Source of the DNA: Dehalococcoidia bacterium
GTDB lineage: Bacteria; Chloroflexota; Dehalococcoidia; Lucifugimonadales; VXLM01
Assembly (NCBI GenBank): GCA_963662435.1
Contig: OY759598.1
Coordinates: 1,830,507 to 1,894,506 of the forward strand
Direction: 5' to 3'
Length of the DNA: 64,000 bases
The position numbers and the translations under genes are program-made. This document shows positions 1-9,771 of the stretch, piece after piece (within the stretch, counting starts at the first letter, position 1; each line of letters opens with the position of its first letter). Under the pieces are notes generated by a model that had not been told where the DNA came from, did no database searches, and saw only the letters and a program-made list of their open reading frames with translations.

Positions 1-308
1 TCGGGCAAGGGCAGCTGCACGAGAATGCCGTGGACGTTCGGATCTTCGCCGAGTTTTCGCACCTCGGCAGTGAGGTCTTCCTGGGTCGTGGAGTCGGGCA
101 TGGTGATATCGCTGGAGGTCATACCGGCCTCCGCGGCGGCCCGGTGCTTGTTGCGCACGTATACTTTTGAGGCAGGGTCTTCCCCGACAAGTACGACAGC
201 GAGGTGCGGGGCAAAGCCGTGCTGTCCGGTGAATGCCTTTACGTCCACAGCCACCTCAGCCCGGACGTCCGCCGCAATCCTTGCTCCGTCGATGATCTTC
301 GCGCTCAC
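1..308 (-). CDS. folD: Bifunctional methylenetetrahydrofolate dehydrogenase/cyclohydrolase (5' part; runs off window start)
   Basis: Manual translation from GTG at 308 (GGAGG upstream) gives VSAKIIDGARIA...PHLAVVLVGEDPASKVYVRNK...VHGILVQLPLP, the typical FolD N-terminus. Not in the supplied ORF track. Confidence 0.93.
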   Translation of the reverse strand, partial: MSAKIIDGARIAADVRAEVAVDVKAFTGQHGFAPHLAVVLVGEDPASKVYVRNKHRAAAEAGMTSSDITMPDSTTQEDLTAEVRKLGEDPNVHGILVQLPLP

Positions 309-709
309 GTGTCCTCCAGCAATTTCATAGCAAGGCTGTTCTTCGTTGCGATTGTATCATGTGCCCTGACTGCGTCACTCTCGAAGTGGCGGCTGTTGCA
401 TAGTTGGTAGCAAGCCAACACATTTTCGATATGTCAATTCACCTTCACCCCCGCATCAAGTGCGGGGCAGGCTCTAGCCCTCTCCCAAAACGGGAGAGGG
501 GATACATGCCATAGCCGCGTACCGGAAACGAGGAAGGCTCTCTCTGGGACCGGGAGAGGGAGTGCAGTAATTCGCACAGTCGAAGAGGTGAGTGGTGGGC
601 CGTCTGGGGATGGGGGGACGCTTTCAATTGCCCTCCTGCGAGACTATAATGCGCGCGAAATATGGCATGGGAAGGACCGGCCGCATGTCGCCTGGTCAAG
701 GAGGCCCCA

Positions 710-1591
710 TTGGAGTCATTTCCCGACTCGTTGAGTTCCGGTGAGTTCGTCGTGACGACCGAGTTGAATCCGCCGAAGGGCACTGACCTGGAGCCGTTGA
801 TGCGCCAGGCGGAGGCGCTGAGCGGAATGGCCCGGGCGTTAAACGTAACGGACTCGGCAGGGGCGAACATGTCGATGGCGCCCATTGCGGCCGCCCACCT
901 GATGATCGACAGGGGCATCGAACCGATCCTGCAGGTGACGGGACGGGATAGGAACCGCATCGCACTGGAGGGAGAGATCCTCGCGGCGGCGGCGCTCGGC
1001 ATCCGAAACGTTCTGTGCATGAGCGGGGATCCGCCCGGCCGGGGCGACCATCCTGACGCCAAGGGAGTTTTCGACCTCAAGGCCGAAACTCTCCTGGAAG
1101 CGGTGACGTCGATGAACTCAGGCACGGACATGTACGGGAACGAGCTCAAGGGCACTCCCACCCTGTTTGCGGGAGCGGTCGCCAATCCCGGCTCGGACGA
1201 CGTGGATAACGAACTTGCACGCATGGAAGAGAAGGTACGCAGGGGGGCCTCGTTCTTCCAGACGCAGGCCGTCTACGACGCCGCATCGTTCGAGACATTC
1301 ATGGAAGGCGCGCGAGGTTTCGGGGTGCCGGTGCTCGCGGGCATGATCGTCCTGAAGTCGGGGCGCATGGCCCGGTTCTTGAATGACAAGCTGCCCGGTG
1401 TGAGCGTGCCGCAGGGCATTGTCGACGAGATGGACAGCGCGGAAGACAGGGCGGCGGCCGGAGTGCGGATAACGGCCCGGCTGATCGACGAGGTGCGTGG
1501 GATGTGCGACGGGACCCACATCATGGCCATCGGGTGGGAATCACGTATACCGGCGATACTTGAAGCGGCGGGGCTCGGGCGCGGCGCATAG
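710..1591 (+). CDS. metF: Methylenetetrahydrofolate reductase
   Basis: Motifs ELNPPKG, NVTD, RDRNRIAL, GDPP and FFQTQAVYD. Probable TTG start at 710 after AAGGAGG (ORF track starts at 662). Divergent from folD. Confidence 0.9.
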   Translation: MESFPDSLSSGEFVVTTELNPPKGTDLEPLMRQAEALSGMARALNVTDSAGANMSMAPIAAAHLMIDRGIEPILQVTGRDRNRIALEGEILAAAALGIRNVLCMSGDPPGRGDHPDAKGVFDLKAETLLEAVTSMNSGTDMYGNELKGTPTLFAGAVANPGSDDVDNELARMEEKVRRGASFFQTQAVYDAASFETFMEGARGFGVPVLAGMIVLKSGRMARFLNDKLPGVSVPQGIVDEMDSAEDRAAAGVRITARLIDEVRGMCDGTHIMAIGWESRIPAILEAAGLGRGA

Positions 1592-1624
1592 ACCCGATCA
1601 TCTGGCAACTGAGAACTATTGAAG

Positions 1625-2080
1625 ATGCTGGTCACCGGCGTGGACATCATAGAGATCGATCGCGTTGCGGGGGTATTCGAGCGATACGGCGACCGGTTTC
1701 TCCAGCGAATTTACAGCGAGGGCGAGATACGGTACGCGCGGGGTCGCGCTCCTCAGCTTGCGAGCAGGTTCGCGGCGAAGGAGGCCGTGATGAAGCTGCT
1801 AGGCACGGGCGTGCGAGGCGTCCAATGGCGGGACATCGAGGTCGTTAGGCCTCCGGGCATGGCGCCCCGAGTTGTATTGCATGGAACGGCGCGCGCACGC
1901 GCCGAGCGAATCGGGCTGACTGACATCGCGTTGTCGCTGTCCCATTCGAAGAACTATGCCGTTGCTTCGGTTGTCGGGAACAGCTCGGAAGGGAATCTTG
2001 TTCCGACAAGATTAGGGGGGGCTCAGAGATGGAGGGGGTGTCCAGAAAGTCAGCCGAAACCGTATGAGGGTATGTCGTGA
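1625..2080 (+). CDS. acpS: Holo-[acyl-carrier-protein] synthase
   Basis: Motifs GVDIIEIDR, RFAAKEAVMK and LSLSHS. Has a short C-terminal extension. Confidence 0.92.
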   Translation: MLVTGVDIIEIDRVAGVFERYGDRFLQRIYSEGEIRYARGRAPQLASRFAAKEAVMKLLGTGVRGVQWRDIEVVRPPGMAPRVVLHGTARARAERIGLTDIALSLSHSKNYAVASVVGNSSEGNLVPTRLGGAQRWRGCPESQPKPYEGMS

Positions 2081-2205
2081 AGTCATGAACCCTTCGACAG
2101 GCTCAGGGTGAACGGGGTACCTCATGGACACTCTCCGGTAGACGGGTCTTTTTGGGAGGACTCGCTCTAAGGAAACATCGAAAGAGGAGTAGAAGGAAGA
2201 TTGGA

Positions 2206-2568
2206 ATGGACGCGATAAGACCGGGTATTCGTTACGAGTTGAAAGACACCGTGAGCGAGGACCAGACGATCAATCGTATGGGCAAGCCGGGCGCGGAGGT
2301 GCTCTCCACCCCGTCACTACTGGCGTTGATGGAGTGGTCGAGCATTCACAGCACCGACCACCTGCTGCCTGAAGGTAAGACGACGGTGGGGTACGGGGTG
2401 GACCAGATGAGGCACATTGCGCCGACGCCGATAGGAGGAGAGGTCACGGTCGTCGCAGAGCTCACCGAGGTGGACGGGAGCAGACTTACCTACGAGATCG
2501 AGGCCCACGAGGGCGAAAAGTTCATCGGCAAGGCTGTCCACAAGCGAGCCATTATACCTATCCCCTAG
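2206..2568 (+). CDS. Hotdog-fold thioesterase (fluoroacetyl-CoA thioesterase-like)
   Basis: Motifs VLSTPSLLALME, TVG and HIAPTPIG. ATG at 2206. Confidence 0.8.
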   Translation: MDAIRPGIRYELKDTVSEDQTINRMGKPGAEVLSTPSLLALMEWSSIHSTDHLLPEGKTTVGYGVDQMRHIAPTPIGGEVTVVAELTEVDGSRLTYEIEAHEGEKFIGKAVHKRAIIPIP

Positions 2569-2724
2569 GGCATCGGTTGCCTTCGTGAAGATTCGAGTAA
2601 TGGTTCAGAGTTGAGGAGGCGAACACCCCTTACTACTGTGGATACCCGCCTTCGCGGGTATGACGGTGGCTGTGTATGCGTCGAGGGATCTCTCGAAGTC
2701 TGAGCAGTAACGGTTGCAAGGGAG

Positions 2725-3843
2725 CTATGCCTTTCGGTGCATGGACATGGCTTCTTCGTACCATTCGTCGCCGTAGACCTCTCGTTTATTGAGCCAGCGT
2801 CCGGGACGCGGGAGGATGCGGAGGGTGCGGTCCTCGAGAGGGAGTTTCACGGGCACGTGGTCGCGACGGTGCGACTCGCGGAGGGCGATGCCGATTTCGA
2901 GAGCCTTTCGCATATTGTCGCCGCTGGTCCACGGTTCCCTGCCCTCCTCCAACGCCTGGACTATCGCATTGATGCTGGCGCTCTGCCGATAGTTCGGCAG
3001 CTTTCGACCATCCTCGCCGTAGGGTTCGACGGGGTTGGCGGCGTCCTCGAAGACGCCGGGCGTTTCGTTATCCGGCCAGCCGGTGGAATACGGCGGAGTA
3101 TCTTCGGACAGAGGCCACAGCCGGAAGGTCTTCCAGTCGCTGAAGAAGGCTGCCCTGCTGGTGTTTACCTCGATGCCGAATTTGCCGACGGAGTTCATGT
3201 GGATGAATGCCTCGACGCCGTTGGTGAAGCGGACGACTCCGCCCATGCCCTGGTCGCCGTCATCGAGCGGGTCGTCCTTTACCCAGCCGACGACCCAGTC
3301 GACATCGGAGTCGCCCGCCATGAGTCTCATGACTCCGAGGCTCTGGCATCCGCCGCCGGAAATCTCGTCGTGCGGGTGGTAGATGTTGATGCTGCGCACC
3401 TCGCCGACCTCGCCTCTGTCGATCATGGAGCGGAATTGCCAGAACTGCGGCAGGTTTCTCCACGCGTCCCCTGAGGCGAAGGGGATTCCGCGAGAGCGGC
3501 AGGCCTCGACCATGTTGTCGGCCTCCTGAAGGCTCGCGGCAATCGGTTTTTCGCTGAAGATTGCGCGCACGCCTGACTCGGCGCAGGCGATGACGACCTC
3601 GGGGTTTGCGCTCACCGGAAGCACCGGCGCGGCGATGTCAATCTCCTCGTTGGCGAGGAGATCCCTGTAGTCCTCGTAGACGGCGGTGACGCCAAACCGC
3701 TCCCGGAAGAGATCGAGGTTTCGACGGTCGGGGTCCGCGGCAGCCACCACCTCGCATCCCGGATGGAGCTCGTATCCCCTGGCGTGATTCGTACCCATGC
3801 GTCCAACACCGATCATGGCTATCCTGTGTTTTGGCTCCGTCAT
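2725..3843 (-). CDS. Gfo/Idh/MocA family oxidoreductase
   Basis: N-terminal GVGRMG Rossmann motif and EKPIA motif. AAAGGAGG RBS upstream. Confidence 0.88.
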   Translation of the reverse strand: MTEPKHRIAMIGVGRMGTNHARGYELHPGCEVVAAADPDRRNLDLFRERFGVTAVYEDYRDLLANEEIDIAAPVLPVSANPEVVIACAESGVRAIFSEKPIAASLQEADNMVEACRSRGIPFASGDAWRNLPQFWQFRSMIDRGEVGEVRSINIYHPHDEISGGGCQSLGVMRLMAGDSDVDWVVGWVKDDPLDDGDQGMGGVVRFTNGVEAFIHMNSVGKFGIEVNTSRAAFFSDWKTFRLWPLSEDTPPYSTGWPDNETPGVFEDAANPVEPYGEDGRKLPNYRQSASINAIVQALEEGREPWTSGDNMRKALEIGIALRESHRRDHVPVKLPLEDRTLRILPRPGRWLNKREVYGDEWYEEAMSMHRKA

Positions 3844-3942
3844 GTCGTCAGTCCCTCCTTTGGGCGAATCGCGCTATTGTCGGTCCCACATGATTTTGTC
3901 AGCCTACTCAAACACCCTCAACCCCAGCCCTCTCCTACCACA

Positions 3943-4256
3943 GGCTGACATGGGCAGGTATTTGCCCTCACCCCAGCCCTCTCCAGTTCACGGGAGTGGG
4001 GGTCTACATTCACCAGAACGCAACCCCGGCACTATCATTCTGAGCGGAGCGCAGTCGAAGAATCCAGGGTGTCTGTCCTGACATAGAGCTGACATAGGGG
4101 GTTCTTACGCCGTTTTCGCTCTTGGTCACAATAGAAGCCTAGCACCGGCTGCCTGGTTTTGCGGTTGTGGATTTTAGATTCCTCGCTGCACTCGGAATGA
4201 CAGGGATACGGGGCTGGATCATTGCTACAAATCCGATTTACCTACACCTGTCAGCC
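3943..4256. mobile_element. Composite MITE-like element, copy 1 (~310 bp)
   Basis: Imperfect terminal inverted repeats GGCTGACATGGGCAGGTA / TACCTACACCTGTCAGCC. Interior is homologous to 6725-7024, 11747-12045 and 20727-21034. Confidence 0.7.
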
Positions 4257-4463
4257 CACGACGGGAGAGGGTATAGGCGCCTCTCTATTCGACTGTCACA
4301 GTAAAGAGGAAACGGTACTAGCCCTCAGCGACCTACGGTTGGGTGTGTGCCTACCTTCTCACGTACCGACGGCAACGTCCAGTACGGAGTAGGCGCCATA
4401 CGTTTCCCAGGGGGAGCAGGAGGCAGCCCGTGTGTTGGTTTTACTTTGCCAGAGTCCAATCTC

Positions 4464-4492
4464 TTGACAACGGTTGGTGTTGCAGGTATCTT
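4464..4492 (+). promoter_or_regulatory. Sigma70-type promoter
   Basis: TTGACA (4464-4469), 17-bp spacer, TATCTT (4487-4492). Confidence 0.6.
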
Positions 4493-4497
4493 TTGGC

Positions 4498-4622
4498 TAG
4501 GAATTGAAGGGGGGAATCCCCAGCAACTTACGGCACTGAGGCTGACGGGAGCTTAACCATCGTGCACGAGGCACGGTTACCGGCGCACTCACGATAGATT
4601 GCTGGGAAACGTCCTTCGCCTA
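4498..4622 (+). ncRNA. Candidate structured leader or small RNA (long imperfect hairpin)
   Basis: Nested complementary blocks GAAGG/CCTTC, CCCAGCAA/TTGCTGGG, TGAG/CTCA, TAACC/GGTTA and GTGC/GCAC, starting just after the predicted promoter. Confidence 0.4.
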
Positions 4623-4678
4623 TTCCCGCACGATTCCGGGAATTAAAGCCAAGTACATCTTGCATAATGGAGACTGAT

Positions 4679-4876
4679 ATGGCCGACCTCACCGCCTACT
4701 CGTTCAAGCTTCGAAAGAACGTCGTGATACGCGACCCAAAGCTGGTGATGCTGAAAAATGGGCGTCCCGCCGTGCGCGGCGTGGCGGACGAGGATCCCGA
4801 CACTTCCGTTTTCCGCATCTTGAGTGCCGCCGAGGCCGACAAGCTGCGTGCGAAGGGCATCGAGGAAGAGGGCTAG
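4679..4876 (+). CDS. Small DUF5679-like protein
   Basis: AYSFKLRKNVVIRDPKLVMLKNGRPAVRG...VFRI resembles the DUF5679 pattern (AYCxKC...MKNGRxAxxGxCxxCGxxxFRI) but has no cysteines. GGAG RBS upstream. Confidence 0.6.
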   Translation: MADLTAYSFKLRKNVVIRDPKLVMLKNGRPAVRGVADEDPDTSVFRILSAAEADKLRAKGIEEEG

Positions 4877-5251
4877 GCCGAAAGGTCACCTGCACAAACT
4901 CGAGAACTTGATGCAAGCATCCACGTGTGCCTGCATCGTGGTTCTTGGTTCCTTCGGTGGCTGAATCGGCAGCGCTGGACCGCCAAGGCGCAGACAGAGC
5001 GACGATTTGTCGCGCTCGGTCATTATCGTGGGGGCAGGAACGGAATTCTCCAATCCGGCTTCTACGAAGACGCGGGGTGCGTGCATCCTTTGAAATCCCT
5101 GAGCTCTGCTTTCTCAATAAGGAAACCGCGTACCGTTCGTCGTTGAGGAACCATCACGCTGCGTTGAGCCTGAGTCGCTTATGATATACTGTGTTGTCGG
5201 GCCGCAATTGACTTGGCGGCCCGTGTCTTTGTGAGTGGAGTACGTGAGCTG

Positions 5252-5956
5252 TTGAATACGTATGCAATTGTCCAGACTGGCAGTAAGCAGTACCGCGTCC
5301 AAGCGGGCGACAATATTCGGGTCGAGTCCCTACCCGTCTATACCGGCGAAATCGTCAATATCGACGATGTGCTGATGGTGTCGCGCGAGGGCGACGTAGC
5401 CGTGGGCACTCCGGTGGTATCCGGGGCGCGGGTCCGGGCCCAGGTCACCTCCAGGGGACGCGGGAAGAAGATCACCGTCTTCAAGTACAAGTCGAAGGTC
5501 CGGTACCGGCGAAAGAAGGGCCATCGGCAGTCGTACACCGATCTGCGGATCATCGATATCTCGGTGGATGGCGAGTCCCTTGCAGCGGTTGAAGAGCAGG
5601 AAGAGTCCCTCGAGGTAATGGACGAGATCGAGGAGACAATGGACAGCGTCGAAGATGCGGTGGACGAGGAAACGCCGGAAGATGAATCCGATGACCCGCA
5701 GGACGATGACGGCGACGATGAAGCGGTAGCCGAGTCCGAACAGGCGGACGAGGAAGCGTCGGATGAGCCGGTCGACTCGTCGGAGCCCGAGGCGGTCGAA
5801 GGGGCGGACGATACGTCGGAACCCGAAGCAGTTGAGGAATCGGCCGACACGTCGGAGTCTGAGGCAGTTGATGAGCCGGCCGACACGTCGGAACCCGAAG
5901 CGGCAGAGGAGCCGAACGAAACGGACGAAGTGAAGGAGACTAAAGATGGCGCATAA
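5252..5956 (+). CDS. rplU: 50S ribosomal protein L21 with long acidic C-terminal tail
   Basis: [13 protein letters not shown]...[19 protein letters not shown]. Probable TTG start at 5252. Directly upstream of rpmA. Confidence 0.95.
   Translation: MNTYAIVQTGSKQYRVQAGDNIRVESLPVYTGEIVNIDDVLMVSREGDVAVGTPVVSGARVRAQVTSRGRGKKITVFKYKSKVRYRRKKGHRQSYTDLRIIDISVDGESLAAVEEQEESLEVMDEIEETMDSVEDAVDEETPEDESDDPQDDDGDDEAVAESEQADEEASDEPVDSSEPEAVEGADDTSEPEAVEESADTSESEAVDEPADTSEPEAAEEPNETDEVKETKDGA
5768..5911 (+). repeat. Four imperfect 36-nt (12-aa) tandem repeats in the rplU tail
   Basis: [12 protein letters not shown] / [12 protein letters not shown] / [12 protein letters not shown] / [12 protein letters not shown]. 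Confidence 0.85.
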
Positions 5957-6203
5957 AAAAGGTGGCGGCAGCACGCGGAACGGAAGAGACAGCCAGGGCC
6001 AGCGGCTGGGCGTGAAGCGGTACGACACTGAGTATGTGAGCGCCGGAAGCATCATCGTCCGGCAGCGCGGCACGAGGATCGAGGCGGGCAGCAACGTCGG
6101 AGTCGGACGAGACCACACGCTGTTTGCGCTGATCGACGGCACCGTCAAGTTTGAGCAGGCGCGACGCGACAAGAAGCGGGCCAGCGTCTACCCCATGAGC
6201 TAG
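5946..6203 (+). CDS. rpmA: 50S ribosomal protein L27
   Basis: [16 protein letters not shown]...IIVRQRGT...DHTLFAL. Confidence 0.98.
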   Translation: MAHKKGGGSTRNGRDSQGQRLGVKRYDTEYVSAGSIIVRQRGTRIEAGSNVGVGRDHTLFALIDGTVKFEQARRDKKRASVYPMS

Positions 6204-6214
6204 AGGACCGATCC

Positions 6215-6424
6215 ATGAAGACCGATATTCATCCAACCTACTATCCCAACGCAATCGTCACCTGCTCCTGCGGCAAGTCGTATACGACCGGGTCCACCAA
6301 GCCGGAACTCTACGTGGAGATCTGCAAGGAGTGCCACCCGTTCTTCACGGGTGAGCAGCGCATCGTGGACACGGAGGGCCGCGTGGAGCGGTTCAATCGC
6401 CGTTTCCGGATGAGTGGCACGTAG
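6215..6424 (+). CDS. rpmE: 50S ribosomal protein L31 (zinc-binding type)
   Basis: MKTDIHPTY...CSCG...[10 protein letters not shown]...GRVERF. Confidence 0.98.
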   Translation: MKTDIHPTYYPNAIVTCSCGKSYTTGSTKPELYVEICKECHPFFTGEQRIVDTEGRVERFNRRFRMSGT

Positions 6425-6724
6425 GAGCGCTCGCCGCGCGGCGAGAATTCTTCACACGCGCGGAATTCGCGGGGATTACAAGGGGAACCGAAGAGCCGGA
6501 ACCGGTCATGTCGTCGTTCCCTTTCTCCGGCAGTCCTCAGAAGACAAGTACCCTCAGACCCTCACGCATACCCTATTCACTTTGGGATTATATGAAGTGG
6601 GGGCTTTTTGCGGCGGTGAACCCGTAACGGTTGGCGTTGCAAGATTCCCGGCATTAGCTCTGCAAAGCCATTCGGACGGCTTTTGAGTTGTTCCGAGATC
6701 CCCTTTCTCTATTGCGCACCCATG

Positions 6725-7024
6725 GCGGGCTGACAGGGGTAGGTAAAACGGACTTGCAACTATGATCTGGCCCCGTCTCTCTGTCATTCCGAGCGTAGCG
6801 AGGAATCTAAGAATCCATAACTGCAAGACCGGACAGCCGATGCTGTGCTTGTATCGTGACCAGGAGCGAGAACAGCGTAAGAACTCCTTATGTCAGCCTC
6901 ACCTTGAGACAGACACTTTAGATTCTTCGACTCCGCTACGCTCCGCTCAGAATGACAGCGCTGGGTTGCTTTCTGGTCAATGGAGAGCGGAGCGATAGGA
7001 AAATACCTACCCCTGTCAGCCCGC
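6725..7024. mobile_element. Composite MITE-like element, copy 2 (inverted)
   Basis: Perfect 21-bp terminal inverted repeat GCGGGCTGACAGGGGTAGGTA (6725-6745) / TACCTACCCCTGTCAGCCCGC (7004-7024). Interior is the reverse complement of copy 1. Confidence 0.75.
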
Positions 7025-7087
7025 GAACGGGAGAGGGATCTACATTCACCTGCACGCAGTTCCGGCACTGTCGCTCTGAGCGGAGTA

Positions 7088-7148
7088 GTAGGGGCGATTC
7101 GCGAATCGCCCCTACGGGAGATTGGACGGGGGTTGTTCTCAGAGCAAG
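7088..7148. repeat. GTAG-type REP palindrome followed by an IS110 right-end-like motif
   Basis: GTAGGGGCGATTCGCGAATCGCCCCTAC, then TGTTCTCAGAGCAAG. Similar units at 12237-12297 and 62461-62521. Confidence 0.7.
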
Positions 7149-7298
7149 AGGGCGGTGTCCGGTTATCCTCCACTCCCATCACATTCACCGGACACCGCCT
7201 CTGTAAAAGGGGGGTATTAATACATACGACGCAAGATTACGATCGGTTCTCGCGTTACCCTTGCCGGGCGTCGTTATGGCTAAAATCGAACAATTCAG

Positions 7299-8648
7299 TT
7301 GGAGGGTGGGTGGCAAAATCGTGCTACAATCCCGACCGGGAGGGCATCGGGCGTGGCAGTTCTCAGTCCTACATACCCGGAGTGGCCGGGAATCCGTGAC
7401 GGCCGGATCGGGGAACCGAGGCGAGGACCGGAGGAGGCGGTGGCCGAGCTCTGGCAGAACGCGGACCGGCTTGCCTCGGGTCTTGTGACGCAGGACGGGA
7501 GAAGGCTCAAGGTGCTGTACCCGGGTCGAAGGAACGTATCGGCGGGGCCGGACTTCCGAGACTGCGTGCTCACCACCGAGTCCGGCGAGATCGTCGTGGG
7601 CGACGTCGAGGTACACGTAACCGAGGGAGGCTGGAGCGCGCACGGGCACCACGTGGACCGCAACTACAACGGCGTCGTGCTCCACGTCGTGCTCGTCCCG
7701 AGTTCAAGCGGGAAGACGACAACCACGCTGGAATCGCGAGCGGAGGCGCCGGTGGCCGCCATAGGCGTTTCTTCGGCGCAGGACGTACCCGAAGCAGGGC
7801 AAAGTATCCAACCCGACGGCAACGTATCGCCATCCACGATTCACAAGAAACTGGACAGGGCGGGCGATGACAGGTTCCGTTCGAAGGCGGACGGATACGC
7901 GATGGAGATTGAGGCCGGGGAGGCAGAGGAGGTCCTGTACGCCGGCATCATGGAGGCCCTGGGATATTCTGCGAATAGAAGGCCATTTGCTGAGCTGGCC
8001 GCGAGAGTGCCGATGGGCTGTCTGCGCGCGCTGAGAGACCAGCCACCCGGAACGCGGTCGTTGGCCATACGCGCGATGCTGGTATCGGCGGCGGGGCTGA
8101 TGGGCTCCGTCGACCCCAAGGATGCTGAGCTGTTTCGGGGCGTCCTTGCCGTGCTACCCAGGGTCGATCGGATAGACCAGCCGTGGAAGACCTCTCGAGT
8201 GAGGCCGTCAAACCATCCGCTCAGGCGAATCGAGGGTGCGGCGGTCCTGATTGAACGCACACTGGACGAGGGGCTCATGTCGGCGCTCGCCGGTGCGGTG
8301 CGACGCGGAACACACAGACAGGTGATCGATAGACTCACGGCCCCGCCGTATGTCGGGGAGGGGCGAACGCGGGACATTGTGGTCAACGTCGTGCTGCCGT
8401 TCATGCACGCGTGGGGCAGCGTTACGCGAGACCGCGAGCTGCGGGGAGCGAGCCTGGAGGTCTTCCGGCGAACGCCTGGCCTTGCCGAGAACGAGATTAC
8501 GCGGGAGATGAAGCGGCTGCTTCCTTCCGAGGTCGATACGCGAGGAGCGCGACGGCAGCAGGGGCTGATTCACCTCTACAAGCACATGCGGGGTACCGCG
8601 GGGCTGGAACAGATTGCAGCAGGTCCGACAACAGGTCGACAGGACTGA
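7299..8648 (+). CDS. DUF2851 family protein (start uncertain)
   Basis: PGRRN..AGPDF, GDVEVH...W..HGHH.D.NY..V.LHVV, and RPSNHP.RR motifs. Confidence 0.8.
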   Translation: MEGGWQNRATIPTGRASGVAVLSPTYPEWPGIRDGRIGEPRRGPEEAVAELWQNADRLASGLVTQDGRRLKVLYPGRRNVSAGPDFRDCVLTTESGEIVVGDVEVHVTEGGWSAHGHHVDRNYNGVVLHVVLVPSSSGKTTTTLESRAEAPVAAIGVSSAQDVPEAGQSIQPDGNVSPSTIHKKLDRAGDDRFRSKADGYAMEIEAGEAEEVLYAGIMEALGYSANRRPFAELAARVPMGCLRALRDQPPGTRSLAIRAMLVSAAGLMGSVDPKDAELFRGVLAVLPRVDRIDQPWKTSRVRPSNHPLRRIEGAAVLIERTLDEGLMSALAGAVRRGTHRQVIDRLTAPPYVGEGRTRDIVVNVVLPFMHAWGSVTRDRELRGASLEVFRRTPGLAENEITREMKRLLPSEVDTRGARRQQGLIHLYKHMRGTAGLEQIAAGPTTGRQD

Positions 8649-8717
8649 ACTGCAGCCGTGATTGGTCCCTCACCTGCCTATCGCCGCTCAGAGGGGGAGA
8701 GGCCAAACGGAGGTATT

Positions 8718-9599
8718 TCAGGGCAGTCGCGGGAGGATGTCGGTGGCCTTGAACATCTCGATGGGACCTGTGAGCGGGCCGTTGAGAAGCTCAGTTACCT
8801 CTTCCGCGCGTTCCTGGTCCCGCTCGAACCGGTAGATCTCGAGCGCGCGTTCGAGGTCGGCCCTGCCTGGCGCAATCTGCGAGTTGTTAATGAGGAGCGC
8901 TCCCCGGTTGCGGTAGGCGTCGGCGAGCCATGGGAAGAGGTCTATGGCGGTGTTGAAGTCCTTCAGAGCGGCCTGTTTATCTCCCAGGTCATAGTGGAGC
9001 AGACCGCGCTGGAGGTAGGTGTCGCCCGACTCGGGGTCAAGCTCGATTGACTTGTTGAAGTCGTCCATGGCCTGGTCGTTTATCTCTGAGCGGTAGTTGG
9101 CCACGCCGCGGTAGTAGTAGGCCCGGGGCATTTCCGGGTGCACGCGGATGATGAGGTCGAATGCGGTGAGCGACTCCTCGTTCTGGCCGGCATAGAGCGT
9201 GTTGACGGCGTTCATGTACCTGAAGAGAACGTCCGGGTCGGATTCCTCCTCTTCGTCGGTGGCGTCGCTCGCGGCGGCTTCGACTTCCTCCAAGGCCCTG
9301 GCGATCTCGTCCTCCACCCGCTCACGGACGGAGTCGGGGTCGACGCCGGATGGGAGCTCGACATCGTCGAAGGTGATGTCCGCGCCATTTTCGTCCAGAG
9401 CTTCCTGGACGGCATCTTCGATTTCGGCATCGGACATGGCGGGTCCCGCCGGCGGCGAGTCGTCGGCCGCGGCCTCAACCGTCGGCGTGGAGAGGGAAGG
9501 CTCGGGCGTCGGAGCGGGATCGCCTCCGCCGCAAGCCGTCCATGCGGCCACGGCTATGAGCGCTCCAAGGAGTATGATGACGGTCCGGGCGTGCAGCAT
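8718..9599 (-). CDS. Tetratricopeptide-repeat lipoprotein
   Basis: Hydrophobic signal ending TACGG (lipobox-like), a Pro/acidic linker, and TPR motifs (AYYYRG, TYLQRG, AYRNRG). Confidence 0.8.
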   Translation of the reverse strand: MLHARTVIILLGALIAVAAWTACGGGDPAPTPEPSLSTPTVEAAADDSPPAGPAMSDAEIEDAVQEALDENGADITFDDVELPSGVDPDSVRERVEDEIARALEEVEAAASDATDEEEESDPDVLFRYMNAVNTLYAGQNEESLTAFDLIIRVHPEMPRAYYYRGVANYRSEINDQAMDDFNKSIELDPESGDTYLQRGLLHYDLGDKQAALKDFNTAIDLFPWLADAYRNRGALLINNSQIAPGRADLERALEIYRFERDQERAEEVTELLNGPLTGPIEMFKATDILPRLP

Positions 9600-9771
9600 G
9601 TTCGGCTCTCCGTGAGACGGTCTAGAGGATACCATATATTGACTTTGGCACCGGCGATTGGTGTACGCTAGGGCCGCAGGCGCAGCCTTGGCCGGGCCTT
9701 AGCTGATATAACGCAGGGCCGAGGGTTCAGTTACCCGAATCGAGCCTGAATCACATGCAGTTCCCGGAGGA

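Noticed and set aside
330..705. Possible ZTP, THF or SAM riboswitch between folD and metF
   Set aside because: Only a partial CGCCTGG match. The other conserved elements were not found, and part of the region is repeat.
6414..7399. Short ORFs across repeat-rich intergenic regions (also 3797-4081, 11967-12149, 13239-13572, 61428-61785, 61993-62487)
   Set aside because: They translate repeat sequence (VIPSVARNL, GDSRIAPT, PSPQPSP) and lack coding signals.
9670..9770. Possible TPP riboswitch upstream of the thiL-containing operon
   Set aside because: TACCC...GAGCCTGAATC resembles part of the aptamer, but the CTGAGA and 3' TAAT...GCGNAGG elements are missing. A simple hairpin explains the sequence.
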